DNA from: Mobula hypostoma
Lineage: Eukaryota
Direction of reading: 5' to 3'
DNA length: 64,000 nt
Assembly: GCF_963921235.1 (NCBI RefSeq)
Contig: NC_086097.1
Location: forward strand, 44,580,001-44,644,000
Shown: positions 26,801-41,800 of the stretch, in pieces
Numbering within the stretch: position 1 is the stretch's first letter
Layout: every line of letters starts with the position of its first letter
Notes under the pieces: generated by a model
What the model was told of the DNA's origin: nothing
The model's database searches: none
Seen by the model: only the letters and a program-made list of their open reading frames with translations
Position numbers and translations under genes: made by a program

Positions 26801-29800
26801 TACTTTGGGTTGACAATGCTTCTTTTGTATTGCATACCTACAGTGAGAGACACCTCTGAATGTTCCAATATTTTTGCTGGCCCAAGCTAAATGTAGTGAT
26901 AGTATCAGTCAGGTCTGCAGGCTTCCTTGAGCTTGGTTACAATGATGCAAATTGATTGCACCTGTTGCCTGGATTGCTGCAGGCCAGTTAGTACATCTCG
27001 ATTGTCTAAGTTGGTTGATGCATATGCAAACATTTGACATACACCAAAGGTCCATGGTCAGCCTGTGCTCCACAGCCAGTGTTGTTTATTGGCAAAGGTA
27101 TGCTTTTAACTTCAATTTACATTAAGAACTGAAAACTTGTTCTTGATATCTGTTATATTCACATAACTCTGGAATACTCCCTAATAATTTGTAAATTTTA
27201 AAAGCATGTTGAGTGTGCAGTCAGATTGGCACAGGTGCCCCCAAAAAAAGCTTACATTCTTATTGATATTTCTGCAAATTTGAGTCTTAGAACAACAAAA
27301 ATGAGCATCTTAAAAAGAGTACCCAATACTTTGATTCAGATCATGTTTAATGTGGAGTAATTGGGCATGAAGGGACAATGCCAGCAATTGATTCTAAAGA
27401 AACCCACGTATAAAGCAATGGTTCTTATTGTGCATGAGTGTCTTCTTTCCAGATGATGATATTTAGCTTGGACTTTGTATGAGGTCTCTGTAGCAATCAG
27501 AAGATGATGGCATTAAATAAGCAGATTAAAGAATTTTTGGGCAGTAAATCAGAAAATAAGATGCATTAACTTTTATAACTCATTAAAATGCAAAATAATG
27601 AAATAAAAATTGGGACATGCACAGGGTAGAAGATGAAATATAATTGTTTTACAGACTTTTTAAAGGAAGGAATTTTGAAATGTTGGAATAAAAAGTTGAG
27701 AAAGAAGTGTGCGTGTGTGCGTGTTTACACAGTAGAGCCCCCCGAAACGGAGAATGTTAAAATATTAAAAACTTGTATGTTACCGGTTCAAAAGCATTCA
27801 TCTCCTTTTGCTTAGTACTTAGTTGAACTGCCTCTCGCTGATGTTACAGCAGGGAGTCTTTTTGGATAAGTTTCAACTGGCTTTGCACAATGTGATGAAA
27901 CAAGATTTGCCCATTCCTCCTTGGAAAAATTGCTCAAGCTGTGCCAGGTTAGTTTGGGAGCAGCGGTTGAGAGCAATCTTGAGGTCTTGTCAGAGATGTT
28001 TGATAGTATTAAGGTCAGTACTCTGACTAGGCCACCATTTTCTTCATTCGAAGCCAATCCATGGTTTCTCTGGTAGTGTGCTTTGGGTCGTTGTCCTGCT
28101 GAAGAACTTCATCCTCAGTTTAAGCTTTTTGGCAGAGGCCAGCAGATTTTTATCCATGATCTCTCTGTATTTAGCAACATTCATCTTCCCATCAGTCCTG
28201 ACCAGATTTTCAGTCGCTGCTGCTGGAGTGTATCCCCACAGCATGATGCTACCTCCACCATACTCTTTATACTTTACAGTAGGGATGCTGTTACCCAGCT
28301 GATGCACAGTATTGGACTTGCAGCACACGTACTACTTAGTGTTGATGCCAAAAAGTTCCATTTTAGTCTTATTTGACCATAATACCTTCACATCTTTATG
28401 GTATTTTCTAAGTGACACCTTGCAAAGTCTGTTTTTTAAAGCCAGGGCTTCTTCCTTCCCACTTTGCCATAGATATCCTTCTTGTGCAAGGCCTCAGAGA
28501 TTGGGGGCCATGGACTTCATCTCCTGTTGCATCCATTGATTTCTGCTGCTCACTCGGAGAGACTGTTAGCATCACAGTTGCCTCCCTCACTAGTGCCGTT
28601 CTTCTCTGGCAATGAAGTTTGGAGGGGCAGCCTGACTTAGGCAGTGTGGCTGCGCTTTCATATCTTTTTTTCTGCTTTTTCACGTTTGACAGCACTGAGC
28701 TCTAAGGTATGTTCGGTGACTTTGAGATTGTACCTTTCCCCAGATTTGAGCTTCTCTATTACTTCCCCAACTTATTTTGAATGCTCTTTTGTATGCATTC
28801 ATTGAAAATAGGTGATCCTCCAGTTTCTACATCAACAGACTGGGTGATTTGGTAAGGTAATACTGTAGAGAAAAGTTAGTGTGGCATTTACAAAGGGAAT
28901 AAATACTTTTGCAGCCTCACAAATTTTGTTTTTAATTTTTAGTTAATTGTTGACAATTTAGTTAATTGTTTGGAGTTTTTCTTTTGATTTGACATGATAC
29001 ACAATGTTTGCTCAAAAGTCCTACTTCAATACATTTTGTATATAGAAAGTGAGACAGTAAAATGTGAAAATAATTTTGTGGGGGCTGAATACTTTTTCAA
29101 GGCACTGTATGTCCCTTCGGCCAAGGTTTCATGAATTTGCCAAGTTTACCCTTTGCCCTAATAGGAGTGTGCTACTCCAGGTTAGGTACAATCATAATTG
29201 ATAGAATTGTCTCACTTGTCATTTGTTCCTTTCCTTTCAAACAGGCTCACCCAATCAGCTTCTGCTAGATCCTGTCTAATTCCCCCCAGATTAGGGCCCG
29301 AACCTGTGGACTTGATCTATCGTCTTCTACACCGTCCTGCTTAGTGAGTTCAGGGAGTTAGGTGTGAAGCTGAAGGGCAGGACCTCCAGGATAACAATCT
29401 CAGGATTGCTACCTGTGCTACGTGTGAGTGAGGCGAGGAACAGAAAGACTATATAGATCAATAAGTGGCTGAGAGGATGGTGCAGGAGGGAGGGCTTCAG
29501 GTTTTTAGATAATTGGGCTTTGTTCCAGGGAAGGTGGGATCTGTTCTGACGGGACGGTTTACACCTGAACTGGAGGGGTACTAACATTCTTGCAGGAAAG
29601 TTTGCTAGTGCTGCTTGGGGGGGGTGGGGGGGGCGGTTTAAACTAAATTTGCAGGGGGCAGGGATCCAGAATGTGAGAGAGGATAGTGAGATGAAGTATA
29701 AAGGACAGGTGGGGATTACACGGTTCCAGAATATTAAGTGTGAAGTAGAGAAAGGTGAGGTGGAACGAGTGATAAGGAGGATACATGTGCAGAGGGATGG

Positions 29801-32800
29801 TCTGAGGAAGCATGGATTTAAATGTGCAGAAAGAGTAAGTAAATTTAAGGAGGACAACAAAATTCAAGGGGCGTATAACCCGGTGAGAGTTCGGGGAGCT
29901 GGGTTATGCACAATAGGCAGCGATTTAAACAGAGAGAGGAGAAATGGGTTAAAAATTCTATATCTGAATGCACAAAGTGTCAGAAATAAGGCGGATGAGC
30001 TTGAAGCTCAGGTGCGAATGGGTAACTATGATGTTGTTGGGATAACGGAGACATGGCTGCAGGGGGATCAGACCTGGGAATTGAATGTACAAGGGTGTAC
30101 GTGCTATCGAAGGGACAGAAAGGTAGGCAGAGGGGGTGGGGTGGCCCTGTTGGTGAGGAATGAGATTCAGTCCCTTGCAAGAGGGGACATAGAATCAGAA
30201 GAAGTAGAGTCAGTGTAGATAGAACTGAGGAACAGCAAGGGCAAAAAGACCCTAATAGGTGTTATCTATAGGCCCCCAAACAGTAGCATGGATATTGGGT
30301 GCAAGTTGAATAGGGAGTTAACAATGGCATGTGGTAAAGGAAATGTCGCAGTAGTTATGGGGGATTTCAACTTGCAGGTGAACTGGGAAAATCAGATTGG
30401 TACTGGACCCCAGGATAGGGAGTTTGTAGAGTGCCTACGGGATGCATTTTTGGAGCAGCTTGTACGAGAACCAACTAGAGCCAGGGATAAGGCTATTCTG
30501 GATTTAGTGTTGTGCAATGAACAGGATTTGATAAGTGATCTTGAAGTTAAGGAGCCATTAGGCGGTAGTGACCATAATATAAGTTTTTATCTGCAAGTTG
30601 AGAGGGATAAGGGCAGATCAGAAGTGTCAGTATTGCAGTTGAACAAAGGAGACTATGAAACCATGAGGGAGGAGCTGGCCAAAGTTGACTGGTCGGATAT
30701 CCTAGCAGAAAAGACAGTGGAACAGCAATGGCAGGTATTCTTGGGAATAATGCACAAGGTGCAAAATCAGTTCATCCCCCAGAGAAGGAAGGATTCAAAG
30801 GGGGGAAAGTGGCTACAGCGGTTGACAAAGGAAGTCAGAGATAGCATAGCATTAAAAAAAGTATAACAGAGCTCAGGTGAGTGGGAAGACGGATGATTGG
30901 GAAATTTTTAAGGAGCAACAGAACTTAACTAAAAAGGCAATACGGGGAGAAGAAATGAGGTATGAACGCAAGCTGGCTAGGAATATAAAGGAGGATAGCA
31001 AAAGTGTTTTTAGGTATGTGAAGAGAAGGAAGATAGTTAAGAACAATGTTGGGCCCTTGAAGAATGAATTGGGAGAAATTGTTATGGGAAACAGAGAAAT
31101 GGCAGATGAGTTTAATAAGTACTTTGGATCTGTCTTCACTAGGGAAGACACAAGCAATCTCCCAGATGTATGGATGGGCCAAGGACATAGGGTAACAGAG
31201 GAACTGAAACAGATTGACATTAGGAAGGAAACGGTGATGAGTAGACTGATGGGACTGAAGGCTAACAAATCCCCAGGTCCAGATGATCTTCATCCTAGGG
31301 TACTAAAGGAGGTGGCTCTGGAAATTGCGGATGCATTGGTGATCATTTTCCAATGTTCCTTAGATTCAGGATCAGTTCCTGAGGATTGGCAAATGGCTAA
31401 TGTTATCCCACTTTTTAAGAAAAGAGGGAGGGAGAAAACAGAACTATCGCCCTGTTAGCCTAACATCAGTATTGGGGAAGATGCTAGAGTCCATTATTAA
31501 AGATGAAATAGCGGCATATCTTGATAGCAGTGATAGGATTGGGCCGAGCCAGCATGGAATTACCAAGGGCAAATCATGCTTGACTAATCTATTGGAGTTT
31601 TTCGAGGATGTAACCAGGAAGATAGACGCAGGAGATCCAGTGGATGTGGTGTACCTTGACTTTCAGAAGGTATTTGATAAGGGACCACATAGGAGATTGG
31701 TGGGTAAAATCAGAGCTCATGGCACTGGGGGGAGGATATTGACATGGATAGAAAACTGGTTGGCAGATAGAAAGCAAAGGGTAGCAGTGAATGGGTGTTT
31801 CTTGGAATGGCAGGCGGCGACTAGTGGGGTGCCACAGGGCTCGGTATTGGGACCACAGCTGTTTACGATTTACGTCAATGATTTAGAGGAAGGCATTGTG
31901 AATAACATCAGCAAGTTTGGTGTTTAATGTGAATAAGTGTGAGGTTATTCACTTTGGGAGCAAGAACAGGAAGGCAGATTATTATCTGAACGGTGTGGAG
32001 TTGGGTAAGGGAGAAATACAAAGAGATCTAGGAGTACTTGTTCATCTGTCTCTGAAGGTGAATGAGCAAGTGCAGCGGGCAGTGAAGAAGGCTAATGGAA
32101 TGTTGGCCTTTATTACAAAGGGAATTGAGTACAAGAGCAAGGAAATCCTTTTGCATTTGTACAGGGCCCTGGTGAGACCACACCTGGAGTATTGTGTGCA
32201 GTTTTGGTCTCCAGGGTTAAGGAAGGACATCCTGGCTGTGGAGGAGGTGCAGCGTGTGTTTACTAGGTTAATTCCTGGGATGTCCGGACTGTCTCACACA
32301 GAGAGGTTAGAGAGACTGGGCTTGTACACGCTGGAATTAAGGAGATTGAGGGGGGATCTGATTGAGACATATAAGATTATTAAGGGATTGGAAAAGATAG
32401 AGGCAGGAAATATGTTCCAGATGCTGGGAGAGTCCAGTACCATAGGACATGGTTTAAGAATAAGGGGTAGGTCATTTAGGACAGAGTTGAGGAGGAACTT
32501 CTTCTCCCAGAGAGTTGTGGAGGTGTGGAACGCGCTGCCTCAGAAGGCAGTGGAGGCCAATTCTCTGGATGCTTTCAAGAAGGAGCTAGATAGGTATCTT
32601 ATGGATAGGGGAATCAAGGGTTATGGGGACAAGGCAGGAATCGGGTATTGATAGTAGATGATCAGCCATGATCTCAGAATGGCGGTACAGGTTCGAAGGG
32701 CCGAATGGTCTACTTCTGCACCTATTGTCTATAAAACTAATAGAATAATGGTCAGGAGAACCAAAATGCTCCCTGACTGCCTATTCAGTCGTCCTCCGTA

Positions 32801-35800
32801 AGAGGAGGTCCAGTATTGTGCTGTCCTGAGTAGGGGCCTTGGTACTGATTTTGGAAACATACCTGGACACATCACAGATTCACCCCATCCAGACTCTACC
32901 ACACTGGGTGGCCTCATCAATACCAGCAAAATTAAAATGTCCCTCTAATTAAACACTATTTAGCTTAAGTTCATTGTCATCTGATTGTACATGTATACAA
33001 CCGAACGAAACAATGTTCCTCTGGACCACGGTGCATCCACAAAACATATCGCACATAAACCAAGGAATTACCATAACTAAGTTAATAACATATCATTGAA
33101 GTTGCATGTAATGTACAGCACAGATGAATGGCTTGCTGTCCTAGTGGTAAGACCTCATTGGTGGCAGGGTCCAGTCTGGTAGTGATAGTCCTGATGCTTC
33201 TGTTCCTCCTTCATGATGGTAGTGGGTCGAAGAGATGATGGGATGGATGGTAGGGATCCTCAACAATGCTACCGGCCCTTCATCTGTAATGCTCCTGGTA
33301 AATGTCACAAGATTGGGGGAGAGAGACCAGAATGATCATCTTGTTGGTGTTTACAATCCTCTAGCAGCTTGTAGTCCGATGCTTAGCATTTTCCGTACCA
33401 CACAATGATGCAGCCAGACCAGGACACCCTTGATGGTGCCCCCCGTAGAAAGTTGTTAGAATGGAGAGGGAGGTGTTCAAGGCTCCCAATCTCCTCGGTG
33501 TAGATGCTGCTGTGCTGTCTTGACTAGGGAGGAGGTGCTCTTCAACCTCCACGGCAGAGCCATTGATGTGCAATGGAGAGTGATGGACCTGCGCCTTCCT
33601 AAGTCCACGATCATTTCTTTTGTCTTCTCTACATTGAGACTCTGGTTTTGTTCTCACACTATTTGTTAAGCATCTCTACCCCCTCTCTGTAAGCTGACTC
33701 GTCATTGTTACTGTTGAGGGCAACCACTGTTCTTGCAATTATTCTTGCATACGAATAAGAATCATTATTCTTGAAATTATTAGCAACTTGAATACAACCA
33801 TGCTTCTCAAGTTCCCGTTGAGTTTTGAGGGAGGGTCTATAACCCAGCCCCATTAGAACGATCCTCCCTTTCCTATTTCTAATTTCTATCCTTGAGGCTC
33901 ACTGGACATTCCCATAAGAACGTAATGTCTAATTAGTGCTGTAGCATCCTTTACCAAAAAGCTACTCTTCCCTCCTTGCTTATCTCTGTCATTCATGTGG
34001 CATCTCTATCTTGGAGTACTGAGTTGCCAATTCTGCCCTTGAGGTTGACTGCAGTTGTGTTTTCTTTGTTGATTCTTGGGCAAGGGTTGAGGAGGTGTTT
34101 GTGGAAGAGTAGTAACGCAGTCGTGTGTTTAAATATGCAATGACCAGTGTCCTGTAGTTGTATTCAGTTTCACAGAGCAAAGGCAAGTAGTGCAGATAGT
34201 TTTACTGTCATTAGAACCTCAAGTTCTGGACCATGGCTTTTTGAACACTTTAATTTTTCTTGCATTTTGTTGCTCAGAGGCAACTTGCAAAATTGATGCT
34301 GATCCTTTGAATTATTTTTCTGTTGCATCCATTGTGTTCTGGTACAGGCATTTACTAAGGAAGGACACCTTTTGCCTTCCTTGTAATTTTACTTTTGGGC
34401 CACCAGCTGGGTTGAAACCAGTGCTACATATTCCAGTATTCCATGCAGGAAAACCTGTAAACCCCAATCAAACCTTGTACAATCTACATAACAGGTTCAG
34501 TGTATTATTAAGCACGACCGCATATGGGTGTGTTGACTTTTTCATATTTGGAAAGGTACAGATAAAAACATTGCACATGCAAATGATTGAAATGTTTGTG
34601 TCCTTGTGACTATAATATTTAAGAGTAAGGTTGATGGCTGTTTGTTACTTTGTGGTTTAATATTGAAAAATGGAGTGACACTTGATTATTAGGTGAGGTT
34701 CTGTAGGCATACAAATAGCACACCAACATTCCACTTGAACCATTGTCTGAATGTTTGGAAAAGCCAATGGTTTTGCTTTTGGCTCTCCAGAACAATTATC
34801 AAAGGTTGCAGATGCTTAAAATATGCAGCAGATCAGGCTGTGACTTAGATGAAGACATAATGTTTCTGGGCTGAGATCTACTGTATCTGATGTGCATTAC
34901 TTTTCTTTAGATATCAAAAATAAACCATTTATAAGTGGTGCAATAAAGGGAAAACAGTACTTGGCTTTCTTACAAGGCACCATTACCACTCGGGTGGCTT
35001 CTTTGAAAAATACACTCCAAATGTTTGAGATGTTGTTATACAGGACCTAGCACCTTAGTGGTCACACAGGGCTCTTAAGATTACTGTGGTTGTACCAAGC
35101 TTCAGTACTTTCCATAGTACATACTCCTGCAGCCTGGAATGTAACAGCTAGCAGCATTCACATACAGGCATCATGTTTGGAAGATCAAAAAGTTTTAGAA
35201 CATGGAATAGTACAGCACAGTACAGGCCCTTCGCCCCACAATGTTGTGCCGACCCTCAAACCCTGCCTCCCATATAAGCCCCCACCTTAAATTCCTCCAT
35301 ATACCTGTCTAGTAGTCTCTTAAACTTCACTAGTGTATCTGCCTCCACCACTGACTCAGGCAGTGCATTCCACGCACCAACCACTCTCTGAGTAAAAAAA
35401 AAAAAACCTTCCTCTAATATCCCCCTTGAACTTCCCACCCCTTACCTTAAAGCAATGTCCTCTTGTATTGAGCAGTGGTGCCCTGGGGAAGAGGCGCTGG
35501 CTATCCACTCTGTCTATTCCTCTTATTATCATGTACACCTCTATTATGTCTCCTCTCATCCTCCTCTCCAAAGAGTAAAGCCCTAGCTCCCTTAATCTCT
35601 GATCATAATGCATACTCTCTAAACCAGGCAGCATCCTGGTAAATCTCCTCTGTATCCTTTCCAATGCTTCCACATCCTTCCTATAGTGAGGTGACCAGAA
35701 CTGGACACAGTACTCCAAGTGTGGCCTAACCAGAGTTTTATAGAGCTGCATCATTACCTCATGACTCTTAAACTCTATCCCTTGACTTGTGAAAGCTAAC

Positions 35801-38800
35801 ACCCCATAAGCTTTCTTAACTACCCTATCCACCTGTGAGGCAACTTTCAGGGATCTGTGGACATGTACCCCGAGATCCCTCTGCTCCTCCACACTACCAA
35901 GTATCCGGCCATTTACTTTGTACTCTGCCTTGGAGTTTGTCCTTCCAAAGTGTACCACCTCGCACTTCTCCGGGTTGAACTCCATCTGCCACTTCTCAGC
36001 CCACTCCTGCATCCTATCAATGTCTCTCTGCAATCTTTGACAATCCTCTACACTATCTACAACACCACCAACCTTTGTCGTCTGCAAACTTGCCAACCCA
36101 CCTTCCTACCCCCACATCCAGGTCGTTAATAAAAATCATGAAAAGTAGAGGTCCCAGAACAGATCCTTGTGGGACACCACTAGTCACAATCCTCCAATCT
36201 GAATGTACTCCCTCCACCACCACCCTCTGCCTTCTGCAGGCAAGCCAATTCTGAATCTACCTGGCCAAACTTCCCTGGATCCCATGCCTTCTGACTTTCT
36301 GAATAAGCCTACTGTGTGGACCCTTGTCAAATGCTTTACTAACATCCATATAGATCACATCCACTGCACTACCCTCATCTATATGCCTGGTCACCTCCTC
36401 AAAGAACTCTATCAGGCTTGTTAGACATGATCTGCCCTTCACAAAGCCATGCTGACTGTCCCTGATCAGACCATGATTCTCTAAATGCCTATAGATCCTA
36501 TCTCTAAGAATCTTTTCCAACAGCCTTCCCACCACAGACGTAAGGCTCACTGGTCTATAATTACCCGGACTAACCCTACTACCTTTTTTGAACAAGGGGA
36601 CAACATTGGCCTCCCTCCAATCCTCCGGTACCATTCCCGTGGACAACGAGGACATAAAGATCCTAGCCAGAGGTTCAGCAATCTCTTCCCTCGCCTCGTG
36701 GAGCAGCCTGGGGAATATTCCGTCAGGCCCTGGGGACTTATCTGTCCTAATGTATTTTAACAACTCCAACACCTCCTGTCCCTTAATATCAACATGCTCC
36801 AGAACATCAACCTCACTCATATTGTCCTCACCATCAAGTTCCCTCTCATTGGTGAATACTGAAGAGAAGTATTCATTGCGGACCTCGCTGACTTCCACAG
36901 CCTCCAGGCACATCTTCCCACCCTTATCTTTAATCGGTCCTACCTTCACTCCTGTCATCCTTTTTTTTTCTTCACATAATTGAAGAATGCCTTGGAATTT
37001 TCCTTTACCCTACTTGCCAAGGCCTTCTCATGCCCCCTTCTTGCTCTTCTCAGCCCCTTAAGCTCCTTTCTTGCTTCCCTACGTTCTTCAATAGACCCAT
37101 CTGATCGTTGCTTCCTTTCTTTCTTTTTAAATCTTTTTATTGAGTAAGTATACAAAAAAGGTAAGCCATATAAACATTAATACAATGTTAAAGTATAATA
37201 AAATTCCAAAAGATAACAATACCAAAAAGAAAATACTACAAACAATGTAATTTAAGCATAAGAAACCAAGATAACATAATAGTATACTAGATTTTATATA
37301 TATCAATGGAAAAAAAAAGAAAAAAAAACCCCAAAAAAAAACCCACCGTGCAACTAACTAAAAGCAAAGCAAAGCAATGGGCTAACTTGAAACCAAACAG
37401 AGTTAAACTTAAAATCACGTCCTCAATCCCGACCTCCATTAAAACAGTGAAGAAAAAACAAGAAGGGTAAATATTACATTAAATGAAAATATCGAATAAA
37501 AGGTCCCCAAATCTGTTCAAATTTAAATGAAGAATCATAAAGGTTACTTCTAATTTTCTCCAGATTCAAACATAAAATCGTCTGAGAAAACCAAAAAAAG
37601 GTAGTTGGAGCATTAAGCTCTTTCCAATGTTGTAAAATACATCTTTTCGCCATTAAAGTAAGAAATGCAATCATTCTACGGGCTGAAGGGGAAAGATTAC
37701 TAGAAATTTTAGGTAGTCCAAAGATAGCAGTAATAGGGTGAGGAGAGATATCTATATTTAATACCTTAGAAATAATATTGAAAATATCTCTCCAAAAAGT
37801 TTCCAAAGTAGGGCAAGACCAAAACATATGAGTTAAAGAGGCTATCTGCCCCGAACATCTATCACAGAAAGGATTAATATGCGAGTAAAAACGCGCTAAC
37901 TTATCTTTGGACATATGTGCTCTATGAACCACTTTAAATTGAATTAGGGAATGTTTAGCACAAATAGAGGAAGTATTAACTAATTGTAAAATCTGCCCCC
38001 AATCATCCACAGAAATGGTAAGCCCCAATTCCTGTTCCCAATCTACCCTAATCTTATCAAATGGAGCTTTCCTAAGTTTCATAATAATATTATAAATCAT
38101 AGCCGATGCACCTTTCTGACATGGATTAAGGTTAATTATCGAATCTAAAATATATATAGGAGGAAGCATTGGAAAGGAAGAAAGTATAGTACTTAGGAAA
38201 TTTCTAACTTGTAAATATCTAAAAAAATGTATTCTTGATAAGTTATATTTATTAGATAATTGTTCAAAAGACATAAGGGAACCATCTAAAAATAAATCCA
38301 AAAACCGTAAAATACCCTTAGTCTTCCAAGTTTGAAAAGCGCGATCCGTAAAAGAGGGAGGAAAAAATATGTTACCTAAAATAGGAATCGCTAACCCGAA
38401 TTGATTAAGATCAAAAAATTTTCTGAATTGAAACCAAATGCGCAAAGCATATTTAACTATCGGGTTAGAGACCTGCTTAAGACGTTTCGAATCAAAAGGA
38501 AGAGAGGAACCTAAAATAGAACCAAGTGTATAACCCTGAACAGATTGTAATTCCAATGCTACCCATTTAGGAATAGATAGTATGTCCCGGTCAAGTAACC
38601 AAAATTTCATATGTCGAATATTAATAGCCCAATAATAAAATCTAAAGTTAGGTAATGCTAAACCTCCATCTCTCTTAGCTTTCTGTAAATGTATTTTACC
38701 CAGTCTCGGATTCTTATTCTGCCAAATAAATGAAGAAATTTTAGAGTCAACTTTATCAAAAAAAGATTTAGGAACGAAAATTGGTAATGCCTGAAACACA

Positions 38801-41800
38801 TATAAAAATTTTGGCAAAAAAAACATCTTAACTGCATTAATACGACCAATCAAAGTTAAATATAAGGGAAACCATTTAGATGAAAGTTGAGTAATATGGT
38901 CTATTAATGGTAAAAAGTTAGTCTTAAATAAATCTTTATGTTTACAAGTAATTTTAATCCCAAGATATGAAAAGTAATTATTAATCAATTTAAATGGAAA
39001 TTTATAATATAAGGGAAGATGTTTATTAATCGGAAAAAGTTCACTCTTACTAAGATTTAATTTATAACCTGAGAAAAGACCAAATTGTGCTAATAACTCT
39101 AAAACAGCAGGAATGGATCTCTCAGGATTAGAAATATATAAAAGTAAATCATCAGCATAGAGTGATAATTTATGGGACTTTAATCCCCGAGTTATCCCAG
39201 TAATATTTGAAGATTCTCGAATAGCAATTGCAAGAGGTTCTAATGCAATATCAAATAATAGGGGACTAAGAGGACAGCCTTGTCGAGTACCACGAAAGAG
39301 AGGAAAAAAAGGTGAGTTTAAGGAGTTAGTACGAACCGAGGCTACAGGGGAGTGATATAACAGTTTAATCCAGGATATAAATTTCAAGCTAAAATTAAAC
39401 ATTTCAAGCACCTTAAATAAATAAGGCCATTCTACTCTATCAAAAGCTTTCTCGGCATCTAAAGAAATAACACACTCAGGAACATTTTGTGAGGGAGTAT
39501 AAACGATATTTAACAATGTACGGATATTATAAAAAGAGTAACGACCTTTAATAAAACCCGTTTGGTCTTCCGAAATAATAGAAGGAAGTACTTTTTCTAG
39601 TCTATTTGCTAATAACTTAGAAAAAACTTTAGAATCAACATTTAATAAAGATATTGGTCTATAAGATGCACATTGAGCAGGGTCTTTATCCTTCTTTAGT
39701 ATTAAAGAAATTGATGCTCTATTAAAAGATTCCGGAAGTTTACCAAGTTTCAAAGAAGCCTCAAAAACCTTATAGAGCCAAGGAATCAATAAAGAAGCAA
39801 AACATTTATAAAATTCAACGGTAAACCCATCAGGGCCAGGAGCTTTCCCCAGATTCATAGAAAAAATAACATTCTTAATCTCATCCATTGTAATGAAAGT
39901 ATCTAATAAAGAAGACATATCCTGTGAAATCAGAGGGAAGTCTAACTTATCTAAAAAATCATTCATATATTTAGAATCTCGAGGAGACTCTGATTGATAT
40001 AAAGAAGAATAAAAATCACAAAAGGTTTGATTAATCCCCACATGATCCAATATCAATCGATCATTTTGGTTATAAATCTGATTGATTTGAGATTTAACAT
40101 AATTAGATTTCAATTGATTAGCCAGCAGCTTGCCAATTTTATCACTGTGAACATAAAAATCACTTCTTGTTTTCTTTAATTGGTTTACAATCGAGGACGA
40201 GAGTAGTAAACTGTGTTCCATTTGAAGTTCAGTTCTTTGTTTGTATAGCTCCTCAGAAGGAGCCATAACATATTTCTTATCAATTTCTTTAATCTTGTCC
40301 ACAATTACCATCTCCTCCTGCTTCTGTTTCTTCCTCAAAGCAACGGAATACGAAATAATCTGACCCCGAATATAGGCTTTAAAAGTGTCCCAAAGAGTGT
40401 TAACCGAAATATCTTCTGTATGGTTAATTGTAAAAAAAAAACTCAATCTGTTCATTCATAAAATTAACAAAGTCCGAGTCCTGAAGCAACAGCGAATTAA
40501 AACGCCATTGTCTATTGTTTGGTATATTGGCCATAATTTTAATAGAAAGCTTAAGTGGAGCATGATCCGAAATGGTTATAGAATCATAATCACATTTAAT
40601 CACTGAAGGAATGAGACGAGAATCAATGAAAAAATAATCAATTCTTGAATAGGAATGATGAACATGTGAAAAGAAGGAAAAATCTTTTTCCTGAGGATGC
40701 AGAAAACGCCAAATGTCCGTCGACCCAGAATCAGAAAGGAAAAAATTAATCAAATTTGCAGATTTATTAGGTAAAGTCCGTAAAGGAGCCGAACGGTCCA
40801 AAGCTGGAGATAAACAGGTATTAAGATCTCCGCCCCAAATCAATGAAAACTCGTTCAAATTCGGAAACTGATCAAACAATGATTTATAAAATTCCGGACA
40901 ATCCATATTAGGAGCATAAACATTAACCAAAACTACTTTTTTATTAAATAATAAACCACTAACCAATAAAAATCTACCATTCGGATCAGAGATAATATCC
41001 TGTTGTATAAAAGTAACTGAGGAGTCTATAAAAATAGAGACGCCTCGAATCTTAGCATTGGAGTTCGAATGAAATTGTTGTCTCTTCCAAAATTTGAAAA
41101 AACGTAGTCTGTCCCCCCTCCGTACATGGGTCTCTTGTAAAAATAAAATTTGTGCTTTAAGTCTCCGGAACACTTTAAAAACTTTTTTCCTTTTAATAGG
41201 ATGATTAAGACCATTAGTATTCCAGGAGACAAAATTAATAATAGACTCCATAAATCCTAAAGTCAACCCATAACAAGGAGGATTGACAATAGGCGCGACC
41301 CACAAACCCGGAGAGGAAACAGAACATACAAAAGATACCGGGGAAAAGGACGCAACCAATACTTCAATAATGTATATAGCCCAAAGAGAAACAAACTAAA
41401 ACGTGAAGCCCCTCCCACCGCCCCCCACCCCAGGACCCCAAGGCGAAATCTAAAGCAGACCCGCCAGAAAGAAGCAAGCGCTAAAACTACCCCCATGACT
41501 TCCGGTATACGCTCCCTAAAAAAAAGGTATAAATATGAAAAGGATCAGCTAATTGTAAAACAGTAAAAAAAATAAGTAAAAAAAAGTTAGCTCAATTAAA
41601 ATACACACAGAACAGAACAAAAGCCGGAAAGTATATATTAAAAAAAAACCACAATAAACCTCAAACTCATGAATAGACACAGCAACAAAAAAAATAGGAT
41701 TATTAACATAAAATGATTATAAAAAGCAAAACAGAATAAAATTTAAAAAAAACTACAAAATTTAAGGCCGCACAGGAAATACGTAAGATGACAAAAGGGA

